Notes: a model not told the origin generated them from the sequence alone. Shown: positions 37,841 to 51,670, counted from the first letter of the whole stretch. The stretch is 63,858 nt of DNA, filler included, from Octopus bimaculoides (GCF_001194135.2; 6 parts of 4 records of this genome joined end to end with filler, not necessarily neighbours in it), one strand, 5' to 3'. Translations and numbers: made by a program.

Positions 37841-38370
37841 AAAACTCAACTGTGAGTATTTTGCTAAGTTTGTTAACAGATACTATATTCTTTTGCCAAA
37901 TTTTTGGTATAAAAAAAAATATATATATATATATATATAATTTGTCATACATTATAGACATATAATATAAACGTTGCATATACAGGCAGTATGTATGTGT
38001 GCCATCATCATCATCGTTATATTTGCATTTGTTTTTCCATGTCGAAATAGGTAAGGTGAAACATTATTAAGGTACAGTTTCCATTGCTGGATGCCCTTCC
38101 TGTTCACAACACCCACCAGTTTCCAGGCAAGCAATTTTTTTTGTCAAAGCTGGATATGTTTACGTAGAAGATTGGAGATGGATAATGCTATTTTTGCATT
38201 GTTGTCTCTCATTTGAAGTTATCACATGATGTCAGTCATGATATACGCACACATACACACTCAATCACACACACATACGTGCATATATGGTGAGAGAGAA
38301 AGAGAGAGTAGAGGCAGACAGGCAGAGAGAAACAGAGAACTAGCCATATAGATAGATAGATTGATAGATT

Positions 38371-38406
<36 letters not shown>

Positions 38407-38958
38407 CATGCATACATACATACAAGTATTTATAAACATATATACATATATTAATTTAATAATATATATATATGCATTATAATAAATATCTTATTAAATC
38501 ATGTGTTAGCGTGTATATATTTAATACTTATTACATTATATCATGTGTGTGCATATGTATGTATGTATGTGTCTGTGTATTCATTTCCAACAAAAGCTGA
38601 GAGCAAAGAACTGAGAAAATGAATAGGCATCAAAAGTATTGGCTGATTATGCCAGAGAGATACCATGCTGTCATTGACATGTAGTGTTAATGGCTGATGT
38701 ACACTATGTGTAAATGTGGCCTGAATTGAAAGTAGAAGGCCTTTGTAGTGGAGATAAACTGTAAAACACTTGAGAAGAAATCGCATTCAGTGGTGTAGCA
38801 CAAGATTTGGCCACTCTCTGTCGTAGCCAAACTGGTTGCCCTCTTCCTTCAATGTAACTTATCTTTGATTACAGTATATACACATATATAAAGTGGCTGC
38901 CTTTTGTGGTCCATAAACACCCCACCACTACTATGTCACTGCATATGTTCATATATAG

Positions 38959-39273
38959 CAGTGGTTCTCAACCATTTTTCACCTACGGACCCCTTTGATT
39001 ACCAGTTTGCTCTGGTGGAGCCCCCATAGCTATTTGATGTTCAAAAACTAGTTTTATAGATACTTCTTTCAAAATCCCTATTTTGATATTCATGCTTTAA
39101 CTTGTGGAGATTGAACTATGTAAAACGTTTGAGAAAGAAACCTAGTTGTTTCCTGCCATAAATACAACTAAAGCAAATCTTTTCATGGACCCTTAAAATA
39201 CTGTTGTGAATCTCTAATTTACTATTTCATATAGACCCCCTTGGGTCTTCCAGAACCTGGTTGAGAACCACTG
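38959..39273. mobile_element. hAT/Charlie-like MITE
   Basis: Perfect 15-bp TIRs CAGTGGTTCTCAACC / GGTTGAGAACCACTG; flanks ATATATAG / ATATAGGG (6/8 match, TSD-like). Confidence 0.85.
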
Positions 39274-39458
39274 ATATAGGGACAGAATCTGAAACCTATA
39301 CAAATACCTAATAGTTTTGAAAAATAGTTTATAAGTGATATGGCTGAGATATATATATATATATATAAACATAATTAAGGGATCAGCAAGCATTTGCTTC
39401 ACAATTGTTGATTTATTAATAAATTAATAAATTGATAAATCTTTACCCTTTTAATTTG

Positions 39459-39503
<45 letters not shown>

Positions 39504-40121
39504 GTAAAATATCTGTGTAAGTTTGTGCATATGTGTATACACATATTTATATCATTAAATTTCTTACGTCAACATTTCTTTGAAGATTTTATATTATTTT
39601 TTTTTATATACGTATGCATATATTATTATATGAATGATTGGATGCTGTTGTTTTTATGTGTAAAATGCAAAAAAAGATATATATATATATATAAATAAAG
39701 AAAAAGGAAAACAGAACTAATCACTATGTGTAGTCATATTCAGAAATTTCTATTGTATTTTTTGGTGGGGTGACAGACAAATCACTGGTGATATCGAACA
39801 CCATATGACAGTCAGCCATCTTGTTTATTGCTTTTTCAACCATTGCAAAAGTCCACTAAATATGGCTGTGTCCAACAAGTATAGAACATTAGCATGAAAC
39901 CATGGTACAGATATAATATCACATGCTAAATGCTTATGTGTGCACACATGCACACGTGTACAACTCTCCACTCATATATATATATATTTGTGTATTTATA
40001 TTGATATACATGTGCATATGAATATACATAAATCATTATTTCAACATGTTTTTGAATGCTGGCACTAGTTAATATGGCTGACGTTGTCTCCTTTCTTAAT
40101 TAATTAAGAAAAAAAATAACT

Positions 40122-40535
40122 GGCATAGCTATGTGGTTAAAAACCTGTTTCACAACTGTTTGGTTTGGTTCCATTCCCTCAATGAGGTACCTTGAACAAG
40201 TGTCTTGTGCTATAAGGCTTGAACTGACCAATGCCTTGAAAGTGAATTTGGTTGATGGAAACTGTGTGGAAGCCCATTGTATGTATGTATGCATGTGTGT
40301 GTGTGTATGTGTGTGTTTGTGTGTCTTAGTGTCTGTTACACCCATCTACCAACTACTTGACAATTGGTGATGATTTGATAATGTCCACATAACATCGTGG
40401 TTCAGCAAAAGAGACTGCTTGAATAAGTATGAGACTTTAAAAAATACTGGGGCCAGTTTGCTTGACTAGACCCTTCAAGGCAGTGTCCCAGCATGGCTGC
40501 AGTCCAATGACTGAAACAAGCATAAAATTAAAAGA
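40122..40535 (+). mobile_element. Older bipartite SINE copy
   Basis: Head, internal (TG)n and CAGCATGGCTGCAGTCCAATGACTGAAACAAG tail. Confidence 0.75.
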
Positions 40536-40799
40536 TATCTTTCTGAAACATTGAGACTACTTTATTATAAACTACAGTTTTGTTATGTTATAATTTGTAT
40601 TATGTGATAATCAATTGAAATTCTTATTCATTTAAACATGTTACACCCTAATTATGAAATGATTAAAAGTAGTGAGTAAATAACCTCATTAAGGACATTA
40701 TGTTGGATTCTGTCTTCTAAATAATATTGTATCTAATTTGATATGTCTATCTAGACCATATGAAGACAACTTTCTAGAACAAAAGAAAATGTGATGTCT

Positions 40800-41110
40800 C
40801 GGGATCAACCTTATGAGTGGATTTGGTAGACAGAAACTGAAAGAAGCTGGTTGTACACTTATGTGTGTGTGCGTATGTATGTGTGTTTGTGCCTGTGTTT
40901 GTCCCCCACCACTGCTGCTTGATAAATGGTGTTCGTGTGTTTACATCCCTGTAATTTAGCAATTTGGCACAAAAGAGACAGATGGAATAGGTACCAGGCC
41001 TTAAAAAAAAAAAACACAATAAGTACTGAGGTTGATTCATTTGACTAAAATTTCTTCAAGGCACTGCCCCAATATGGCCACAATCTAATAACTGAAACAA
41101 GTAAAAGGTA
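40800..41110 (+). mobile_element. Older 5'-truncated bipartite SINE copy
   Basis: GTGGATTTGGTAGACAGAAACTGAAAGAAGC...ATAACTGAAACAAGTAAAAG. Confidence 0.75.
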
Positions 41111-42399
41111 AAAGATAATAGATATAGTTTATTTTAAATTGCTGGGATTAATATTTTTTTTAGACATTGGCTTTTATGGATTTGATGGCAGATTACTTCA
41201 AATTTGAATGCAATCAAAAATTTGGTCTCAGTCTAGGACCCTAGAACTTGCTTTGGATAACATTCTAATATCTCATTGTAAGCAACTGAATTCTTTGCTT
41301 TTCTCAAGTTTTGGAAGACAATATCAAAATTTGAACATTATTTCAATGTGTAAACAAATTCATCATTGGAGTAGTATATAAAATGTTTGCTATTATGTTC
41401 ATTTAGATTAAAAGATTTGTTTTCCAGAAGTTCAATATATTTTTAACTTGGCATTCTTTGAAATAGTTTCATCATGCAGAAGGAGTGTTAAATCAACCTG
41501 AATTTGTTTTGAAACGTCAAAAGACATGTCTCCATTATAAAAAGAAAACATCATATATTGGCAGAAAAAGATGAAGTTAAGATAAACAACAAGAAATCAA
41601 TTATACATCTGGAAAGGATGACACTAATAAATGGGTTGTAATGTGAATGGAAGACTGTATACAAGAAACTGAGAAAAGACAGAAAATAAAGAGAAACAAA
41701 GGAGCCAGAGTCAACAAGAGAACATCTACTTGTTTCTTCCACCTGCTAAAAATGGGAACCAAAATTCCCTCAGATCTCCACCTTCCCCTGTTAACAAAAA
41801 AGTGAAATGTTGTAAATGTAGCATTAGATAAACAATGATGACTAAAAAAAAATAATAATATAAAGCAGAGAATGTTAGCTAGAATGCCTTTGGTCAAATG
41901 ACTAACGACTCAATCAGAGTTGATAAGAAGCTTAACTCATATGCATGAATGTACGTACACACACACACACACGCATATCTAATTTGTAATATAAAATCCT
42001 TTACAAGTTCAATTTGAAACAGAAGTGAACAGATGTTCTAACAGATGTTCTAACAGAAATTCGCAGGCCAAGAGACATCATTACTTATTACAACAAAGAC
42101 TTTCTATCAAATTTTTACTGTTTATGTTGCAGTCATAAATGTTTTACACATAATTTGTATTTAAAACCAAATAGTTGCTTAAGAAACTTCTTCACCACAC
42201 AACCATCAAAAATTTAGCAAGTGTGCCTGTGAGTTTGAGAAGTTTGATCCCGAACTAATTGGTTTCTGGTTCAATCCCACTGCATGGTACCTTAAGCAAG
42301 TGTCTTATAGCCTTGACTGACCAAGCTTTGTGAGTGAAATTGGTAGACAGAAACTGAAAGAAGCCCATCATATCTATGTGTAGTAACTGAACACACCAG

Positions 42400-43660
42400 T
42401 AGAGTTTCAGGTCTCTGCCAGGAATTACATGGGGTCTCATTAAATATTTTCATTTAAGAAGCCAAATTACCCTGAACAAAAAGATTGTGTGTGAAGAAGT
42501 GGCCACAAGGCAGCCTTCACAGAGTAATCAAATTGCCATCATATCTTTATGGTAATTCCATTAATTGAAATAAATTGAGATGTCNNNNNNNNNNNNNNNN
42601 NNNNNNNNNNNNNNNNNNNNNNNNNNNNNNNNNNNNNNNNNNNNNNNNNNNNNNNNNNNNNNNNNNNNNNNNNNNNNNNNNNNNNNNNNNNNNNTAAGCA
42701 ACCAAATTTTCATCAACAAAAAGATTGTGTGTGAAGAAGGGAGTCATAAAACAGCCTTGACATAGTAACCAAATCTCATTCAACTCTTTGTAGTAAGCCC
42801 AATAATTGAAATAAATTTAAATATCTTCATTTTCGCAGTAGAATTGTTGTTGCTTTGGTGGCCTAACAGGTCAGGATGTTTAGAAGTGGAGGTTTCAAAT
42901 CTCTGCCAGAAATTACAAAAGACATTATTAAATACTTTTATTTAAACAACCAAACTTCACTCACCAAAAATATTGTGTGTGTGTGTGTGTGTGTGCAAAG
43001 AAGGGGCCACAAGGCAGCCTTCGCATAGTAACCAGATCTCCCTCATATATTTATAATAAATACAATATTTGAAGTAAATTTAAGTATCTTAATTTTCTCA
43101 TAAAAATTGTTGCTGCTTTGGTGGCCTAGTAGGTAAGGGTGTTTAAAAGTAGTAACGAAACACAAGCAGAGGTTTCTAATCTCTGCCAGGAATTACAAGA
43201 TGTTTATTAAATATTTTTTTATCTAAGTAACCAAATTTTCATCAACAAAAAGACTGTCTGTGAAGAAGGGAGTCAAAAACAGCATTGAAATAGTAACCAA
43301 ATCTCATTCAACTCTTTGTAGTAAGCCCAGTAATTGTTGTTGGATGTTTAGAAGTGGAGGTTTCAAATCTCTGCCAGAAATTACAAAAGACATTATTAAA
43401 TACAAATTTCACTCATCAAAAATATTGTGTGTGTGTGTGTGTGTGCAAAGACGGGGCCACAAGGCAGCCTTCACATATTAACCGGATATCCCTCATATAT
43501 TTATAGTAAATACAATATTTGAAGTAAATTTAAATATCTTAATTATCACATAAAAATTGTTGCTGCTTTGGTGGCCCAGTAGGTAAGGGTGTTTAGAAGT
43601 AGTAACAAGACACAGGCTGAGGTTTCAAATCTCTGCCAGGAATTGCAGGGGGTCTTATTA
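42400..43660 (+). repeat. Tandem array of ~190-280-bp monomers, each with a tRNA-like head; A/B dimer organisation
   Basis: GGTTTC(A/T)AATCTCTGCCAG recurs at ~42891, 43171, 43359 and 43621 (partial at ~42402). It is preceded by GCTTTGGTGGCCTAGTAGGTAAGG (A-box-like) at 42852, 43115 and 43565. Confidence 0.8.
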
Positions 43661-43728
43661 AACATTTTCATTTTTTCTCTAGAGATAAAAAAAAAAAATG
43701 AAAAATTTTCGTAAGACCCCTTAATACA

Positions 43729-44243
43729 GGCCCTGGGTAGGATTGAACCTGCCCAGGATGTTCAACGTGGCTGTCGAAGTATGTCTCTACCCACAAGACC
43801 ACCAAGACACCCAACATTTATGTAGTAAATTAAGAGATATTTAAATCTATCATAACTAAAGATAAAAAAAAAACAAAAACAAAAACTATTTCGTCACAGC
43901 TGTAGCTCAGTAATTAATCCCNNNNNNNNNNAAAAAAACAAAAACAAAAACTATTTCGTCACAGCTGTAGCTCAGTAATTAATCCCAAATTGGGGACCTG
44001 TTTAGATGCCTTTGTAGGTAAGGACATTGATTAATAAGTAGGGATTTAATGCACTGGGAGAGGGTTTCAATCTGTAATTCTCCCAAAGAATTACAAGAGC
44101 AGTGGAGTGCAGGGAGTAAATATTTTATTAAAAAAAAATTTCAAATGTTTATAAATACCAAGGATAGTGTTCCTGGGAGGGATTGAACCTTGCTCAGGAT
44201 GTGTAATACAGCGTGTGCAATTACCCACATGGCCATAAAGACA
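43729..44243 (-). repeat. Two inverted tRNA-headed monomers related to the array (43729-43810, 44170-44243)
   Basis: Minus strand TGGTCTTGTGGG...GGTTCAATCC and TGGCCATGTGGG...GGTTCAATCCC; the first carries the same GGGGTCTTA downstream motif as the plus units. Confidence 0.6.
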
Positions 44244-44758
44244 ACAACACTAAAAGCAGGCAAAAAAGAAGCTATTTAAATTGATTTATATATCATATAT
44301 TTTTTCTTTTACTACCACCAAGATCTGCTCCTGCGGTCAGATTCACCCAGGTTTGTGCCCACAGCTTCCTTGGTCACTGTTCTTCCCTCCTACTCAACCA
44401 GGCATCAGAAAGATCTCTATATAAATGGGAGTGTATGTTTGTAAATATGTCATTGAAATGGTATATCCTGAAGAAAAACAAATTTGATTTTCGAAATCTG
44501 TGGCTCAATGACAAGGAATTTGGTTATGATTGATCAGAAAATTTAATTTGTCATAAGAAATAACTGTTAGATACCTCAGTCATTTGTCATCTCCTCCTTA
44601 AGGTTCAATGTTGAGAACGAAATCATAATTAGCTCATCTACCTGTATTTTCTTTTACCCAATGTGTAATACCTCTACATGATAGCTAGAGCTGGTAGAAA
44701 TGGAAACAAAAATATCCCTCAGATCACACCCTACTGTCTTATCTATGTATATATGTGT

Positions 44759-44985
44759 GTATAACAGATTGCTAAAAAGTTCCTGGCTTCAAGTGTATTG
44801 CAAGAGGCCTGGTTGGAGACCCGACCTTCTGCATTCTTTCACAGGCCTTAGAAAAACTGAAGGACCACTGCAATAAGTATGTGAATCTGAGAATATGTGT
44901 GAATATGATGATTAAAATCATAATTAACTGATATTCCTATATTCTCATTTACCCAACGCCAGGAACTTTACAGCATACCCTCATA
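44759..44985 (+). mobile_element. mariner-derived MITE
   Basis: TIRs TGCTAAAAAGTTCCTGGC / GCCAGGAACTTTACAGCA; internal ALEKLKDHCNKYVNLR resembles the mariner transposase C-terminus; TA-rich flanks. Confidence 0.7.
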
Positions 44986-45110
44986 TGTATGTATGTATGT
45001 ATGTATATATTCGCCATGTTGGACCACTTATTCTACACATTTTTTTTTCATCCTCTGTCTATATATTTCCTCTTATTCCATTCAAAATGTAAAAGAATTT
45101 TCCTATATGT

Positions 45111-45366
45111 CATCATCATCATCGTTTAATGTCCGCTTTCCAGGCTAGCATGGGTTAGACGATTTGATGAGGACTGGTGAAACCAGATGGCTACACCAGG
45201 CTCCAATCTGATTTAGCAGAGTTTCTACAGCTGGATGCCCTTCCTAATGCCAACCACTCCGAGAGTGTAATGGGTGCTTTTACGTGCCACTGGCACAAAG
45301 GCCAGTCAGGCGGTACTGGCAACGGCCATGCTCAAAATGGTGTATTTTACGTCCCACCTGCACAGG
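45111..45366 (-). mobile_element. 3' end of an abundant RTE-type LINE/SINE with (GAT)n tail
   Basis: CATCATCATCATCGTTTAATGTCCGCTTTCC...; the same tail occurs on + at 28184-28230 (GGAAAGCGGACGTTAAACGATGATGAT). Confidence 0.7.
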
Positions 45367-45453
45367 NNNNNNNNNNATATATAGAGAGAGAGAGATAGAT
45401 AAAACTTAGTTGGAAGAGGATACATGGCGTTCAATCATATAATAATATAAATA

Positions 45454-45484
<31 letters not shown>

Positions 45485-45635
45485 CGTATATGTACATACA
45501 TCTATACACACACATATATATATATGCGTATGTGGGCATAGGACATCACAAAACAAACAACAAAGAACGACCTTTCATCAGTTGTTGGTTGTTTTTCTAG
45601 TCTCGTATTTGAGCATTTAACAACAATATATGCTT

Positions 45636-45673
<38 letters not shown>

Positions 45674-47300
45674 CATATGTGTTTAAGTGCATGTTTGTGT
45701 TTCTATATCTTGACATTGTGAGATAGTTGTAAATGAAAGTCACTATCATGCAAGCAATGTCATCACTTGTTTCCAGTATCATTCTGCAAAATTATATCTG
45801 GCCATGGGGAAATCTAACCTTGTTTGGAAACAGATGATTGTTGGCAACTGGAAAGGCAACCAGCCGTAGAAAATCTCTCTTAATGAACCTCATCCCTTAA
45901 TAATCATTAAAACGATGTTGATGATTATGCAGTGACTAATATTATTTTAATCATTTTGACAAATATGGCAAACAACATCAGATGTGTTTTGGTCTTATTA
46001 AACTTCCTAGGAGAAATATAGAATTCACCGTTCTTACCAAAGTGATGAGACAATCAATAAGTAACTGTACAATATTCTATAAGTGAAGGTATGAATAATT
46101 AGTAATAATTAGCTTTTATTTTTCTAAATGAACTCATTAAGGTTAATTATTCAACATCAAATGGAAAAACAGTATTTAAATTAAAAGTTAATATATTCAA
46201 TGTAGTCCTTTTAACAAGGCTGAAGTTGTCTTCCTTATTCACCCAAATCATTAAAATGGCTAATGTTGTCTTTTACTCATTACATAATATTTCTAATTAG
46301 ATTTTAATGCTCATCACATTATATTAATACTAACTTGGCAATTATTTTTCTTGCAGATGCTGTCCCCAAAAATGGCCACAGATTTGAGACTGAGAATAAA
46401 TGGGTAACATTTTGTTCTCATGCATAATGCACACACCTAATTTTTAAGCATTAAGATCAAAGAAAATGTGCATATTATACACAAATAAATACAGTAAACT
46501 CAGTGATTTACTTTTTATTAAGATATCACAACACAAACACACACATACGGCTTTCTTAAAATATAAACATCATATAGCTATTAAAGAGAGCATATTTAGG
46601 CTTAGATATGAGAGTAAGCATGTGTGGTCAAAATAGGTGATAGATTTTTGACATCGTTGCTGTCATTGTCAACATTGTCATCATCTTCATCATTGTTGTT
46701 TGCAGCAGCATTGTTTAGCATCTGTTTTTCACTTTGGCATGAGCTAGACAGTCTGACAGGAACCAGAGGACTTTGCCAGGCACTAGCATAGCTGGAAGGA
46801 GGACGGTAGGGGCAGTCCACCCCAGGTGACACTTTGAAAGGGGTGGCACTTTTCATCTTGTTGAAGGCTATTGCTGTAGGCAATATGTGCTTTTTGTGGG
46901 GTTCGGGACCAGTAAACAGAAGAGCCACGTTGGCGGCACACACTCTAGCTGAGCTAGTGGTGCCAGGCTCCAATGTCTGCTTTGGTATGGCTTCTCTGGC
47001 TAGATACCTTTCCTAGCACCAACTACTCTACAAAGTGAACTAGATATTTTATTACAGCACCAACGGTAGTGGAGTCATCAAGTAACCTGCAAGACAAGAT
47101 CCCTCAACTGAGTGTAGGTGAAGTATTGAGGGAGATAGCTTCATGCCAGGCGTTGAGTGGTTAAAGCATGATAGAAGAACAAAAACAGGTGTCTTGCTGA
47201 AGAGGAAAGGAAGGACTTCCCCTGCTAGAAGTAGAGAAAAGAGATGTAAGGGTGTTTCCTCACTGTGCAAGGTGAATAAAAGAGAAAAACAGAGATAGAG

Positions 47301-47559
47301 CAGTAGTTCTCAACTGGGATCCATTTGGCCCTTAGGGGGTCCATAAAAGATTTTGCTGTTAAAATTTATCTGCAATAAATTTGTTATACTTCTACAATGC
47401 ACAAAATTATTTTAACAATTTTTTAATACAATTCCTAATAATATTTAATCATAAAAATATAATATGATTTTTTTTTAAACATCGAATGGTTAAGGACGTC
47501 CATATGAGTAAAATAAGAATCAACAGAATCTATGGCTGAAAAATGGTTGAGAAACCCTG
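47301..47559. mobile_element. hAT/Charlie-like MITE (third copy)
   Basis: CAGTAGTTCTCAAC / GTTGAGAAACCCTG; flanks AGATAGAG / GCATAGAG. Confidence 0.75.
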
Positions 47560-47861
47560 GCATAGAGGATCTGAATGGGGTGAGTGTGTAGGTAAGCTTG
47601 TGAGAGTGGGAAAGGAACATGACAGATGGTTAGCAATGGGGTTTGAGCTGGAGGCAGTGAATGAGACTAAACAATAATAAGTATAGCCAATATCAACCTA
47701 CTGTCGTTTGCTTTAGTGAACAAAAAAGATGCTACTGAAGCCCAGGTGGATGATTACATTTGTAAATGATATTGCATGCCACATGATTAGTCAGTTATGA
47801 AAGAAATCAATTTCCATTTTTAAACTTTGAAGCTTTGCTTCACACCCACTGATGATTACTG

Positions 47862-47942
<81 letters not shown>

Positions 47943-48536
47943 GTATGTATGTATACATAGCTATGATATGCGCATGTATGTGTAAGCTTGCATTACACAA
48001 ATAACAAGTTACAAAAGTTTTCAGCTTATCCATGCAACAGAGACAACTATGCTGGTAGTAACCTAAAAGTCACACATGTTAAGTAACATATGGATAGAAA
48101 CCGGGATTGGTTATAAAGAATACAGGAATGACAAAGATTATGCTGCAAGATTAAGCCTTAGACTGCTTAGACTTAAAAAGAAGATACCAAAAGATAGACA
48201 AACTCTAAGTTATAAAGGATTAAACTGTGGTTTATATTCACATCAACAAATGCTAAAAAAGATGTAATAATATATTTGACTGTGTTCAAGTCTGTGCTTG
48301 AGTGTATATATGTATCAATGTTTGTGTGTGTGTATCTATATGTCTATCCATCTGTTTATTTATCTAACCATATACATACACACTGAGAAACACATATTTA
48401 TTGTATACACACATGTATGTGTGTACATATATATGTATGTGTGAGTGTGTATACACACATATATAATACTATATATATATGTATAATATTTATAATATAT
48501 ATACATTTATATCATATGCATGCATATATTCATATG

Positions 48537-48619
<83 letters not shown>

Positions 48620-49788
48620 ATGTGCATGGTGAGTGTGTGTGTATGCATTCTACATATGTATGTAGAAGCTGAGACAAAGTGTTTTTTTTCTATAGAAAAC
48701 TGCATGAAAGTCTTCCCTTTCCTTGTCACCACTGTTGCTCAGTTGTCCAAGGGAAACACTACCACTTTAGATCTGATAAAGCTTGGATACCAGTGCCATT
48801 GCCGATATTGATGTCAGAACACAAAACTCCAGAACAAATACCACAAAGGATCTCTACTGACACTCTGATAGTTTTGAATTCCATAGATATCACAAATTCT
48901 TTAATAAGAATTCTGTGAAACTATGTTACAGATGTTTGAGTATTTAATCATAATGTGGATAGAAACAACACAGTGAAATCTCAGAAATAAGGCAAAGTAA
49001 CTCTACAGCAGTCCATGTAGTCACAGGTTATCATGTTCTTAGAGGCATTATGTATTTGTGATCTTGAAAATGAAAAATAAAAAATTACATAAAATACATA
49101 GTTGATTCCTTTATTCAATAAACTGCCATAAACAGGTTTTTCCTACCTTATACAAGTTATAATTCCTGTGAAAATTTTTTTTAAATATGTGTAAGGACAA
49201 GCAAAATCAGCTTGCCAAGAGCAACAAATTTATGGCTGTTCCTGTTATAATATACATATACACTTCTATCCCTAAAAGGACAAAAGGTAATGTAGACATC
49301 AACAGGACCTATTCTCAAAGGGCAGAAAAACGCTATGAATACTACGTGACATTCAAGTCATTGTTCTAACTCAACTAATTTGTCGCTTAACAACAAAACT
49401 GTTAAACCACTCAGTTGAAATACTGTTATAGATTCAGTGCATTAAATTTATAGCTGACCAAAATTTATATCTATGGAACATAGTACATGCGTACTAACTT
49501 CTAGCTTTCTTTTCATGTGATTTGTAAGTTTGCATTTGATCAAATGGCAAATTTTATCCTGCTATACCTTAGGCCCTAAATATGGCTTGCATTGATCAAG
49601 GTGTCTGATACAGGTGTCTAGTTTTAGTAGTTTTAATTGCATAGTTAACTCTTTTGCCTTATTTTATTTTTATTTTTGTTACCAGTGGTAGGACTTGTGT
49701 TTTTAGGACATTTTTCTGTGTAGTGTTAATAATTAACTATTTGAGATTACCTTATAAATATATACATATGTGTATGCATATGTATGTA

Positions 49789-49833
<45 letters not shown>

Positions 49834-50274
49834 NNNNNNNNNNNNNNNNNNNNNNNNNNNNNNNNNNNNNNNNNNNNTTAATTAATTAANNNNNNNNNNN
49901 NNNNNNNNNNNNNNNNNNNNNNNNNNNNNNNNNTCATGATGTCTAAATTCTGAACAAAAATGGGTTCGAAAAAACACGCACTCATATTCGTCGTCGTCAA
50001 CTTTGAAAAGGATCACCGTGATGCATAATAAATATGCGCCGCTATTAAGTTAAACTATTCAGTCAGTTCTTATTCGTCATTTCTCTTCAATTTGCTAATG
50101 TGTACAGTCAACTAAGAAGCCGACAGACGAAATCTTAGGTCACGACATGTAACGTTGTTAACATATGACAAACAGGATCTAACATACGCAGATATATATA
50201 CATACATAAATTGTTATATAATTGTTAGATCCGGAACTTTCTCTCTTATCTCTCTCACCTCTCCGTCCCTCTAC

Positions 50275-50569
50275 CTACCTATCTATCTATCTATCTATCT
50301 ATCTATATATATATATATATGTATATATATATGTCTGTCTGTCAGTCAGTCTGTCTGTTTGTCTGTTTGTCTGTCTGTTTGTCTGTCCGTCCGCCTGTCC
50401 ATCTGTCCGTCCGCCTGTCCATCTGTCTGTCTGTCAGTCCGTCCCTCCATCCGTCTGTCTGTCTGTCTGTCTATCTGTCAGTCAGTCAGTCTGACTGCCT
50501 GTTTGTCTGTCCGTCTGTCTGTCCTCCCGCCTGTCCGTCTGTCTGTCTGTCTGTCCGTCCCTCCGTCCG

Positions 50570-50626
<57 letters not shown>
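50275..50626. repeat. Compound (ATCT)/(GTCT)/(GTCC) tetranucleotide array; representative of dozens of (TA)n, (CA)n, (GA)n, (GATA)n and (CATA)n tracts in the window
   Basis: Direct inspection. Confidence 0.95.
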
Positions 50627-50629
<3 letters not shown>

Positions 50630-50639
50630 CTGCTTCGGT

Positions 50640-51670
50640 TGTCCGTCGTAGTTCGACGTTCACTGTTCTTGTTCAGAAATCATCTCTGGTAGGCTCTCAT
50701 GTGGGCTACACGTGGACTTGATCTACAGCGATGATAGCATCTGCTGCAGCTGAAGTTACTTGTCGCAGCGGAGAAGTAACATCTCTCATGTGCTCTTTCG
50801 TATCCAATCTCTTGTTTCTCCTCAATGACTGGAATTTCGAGCTTCAGCGATCGGTGTCATTCATCGCACCGCAGGGCCTTCTCCTCCCAGATGTGTTGAG
50901 GAAACATCACACAACCCTGTCTTAACCCCATCTTCACATCAAACCACTCACTTACTTCACCACCCACCCTTTCGCACGTTCTACTTTCTCTATAAAAACT
51001 CTAAACAGCTCTCAACAATCTACCATCTACTCCATACGACCGCAACACCAGCCACATCGCATCCCTATCCACACGGTCATAAGCCTTCTCTAGGTTCATA
51101 AAGGCCCAATTCACCTCCCTCCCTTTTGCCCAAAACTTCTCACACATCTGCCTTACTACGAATATTTGAACTGCACACCCCCTTCCACTCTTAAAACCGC
51201 ACTGCTCCTACCCTAGTACACTCTCTGTCTGGTTCCTCACCCTTACAATCAGAATCCTCCCGCACAGTTTACCAACCACACACAACAGACTTATGCAGCT
51301 GAAGTTTCCACACTCACGTTTATCCTCTTTCCCCTTGTACAGTGGCACTATACAGGCACTGCAGCGGTCCTTTGGTACTCTTCCAGACATATAACAATCA
51401 TTCAAAAGCCTCCCTAACCATTCAATCACTGTCACTCCTCCTTTCTTTAGGCATTCCACGGTACACCCATCTATACTTGACGCCTTCCGGTTTGCCATCT
51501 TCCACAAGGATTCCCTCACCTCCTCTCTTGCAATTGTACCATAGTTCCATTTCCCGAACAGGCATTCTCCTCTCTCCTCCTACAGTCACTAATATCCTCC
51601 ATATTTAACAGCTCACTAAAATACTCTGACCATCTCCTTCATACATCCTCGCCTCCTTTCAGAAAATTTC
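50640..51670 (-). mobile_element. RTE-clade LINE remnant: RT N-half joined to a C-terminal Cys/His region
   Basis: RKASSIDG...VPKD...IVPLYKGKEDKRECGNF..ISLL..VGKL...EQCGFKSGRGC...AFMNLEKAYDRVDR...GLRQGCVM, then an abrupt jump to FSCSRCYHRCRSS..AHMR. Confidence 0.9.

Noticed and set aside
43115-43190. Functional tRNA genes in the array or in SINE heads
   Set aside because: A/B boxes and a T-arm are present, but acceptor and anticodon stems do not form a cloverleaf.
43862-43986. Perfect ~55-bp direct repeat
   Set aside because: The two copies straddle a 9-N gap; typical unmerged contig overlap.
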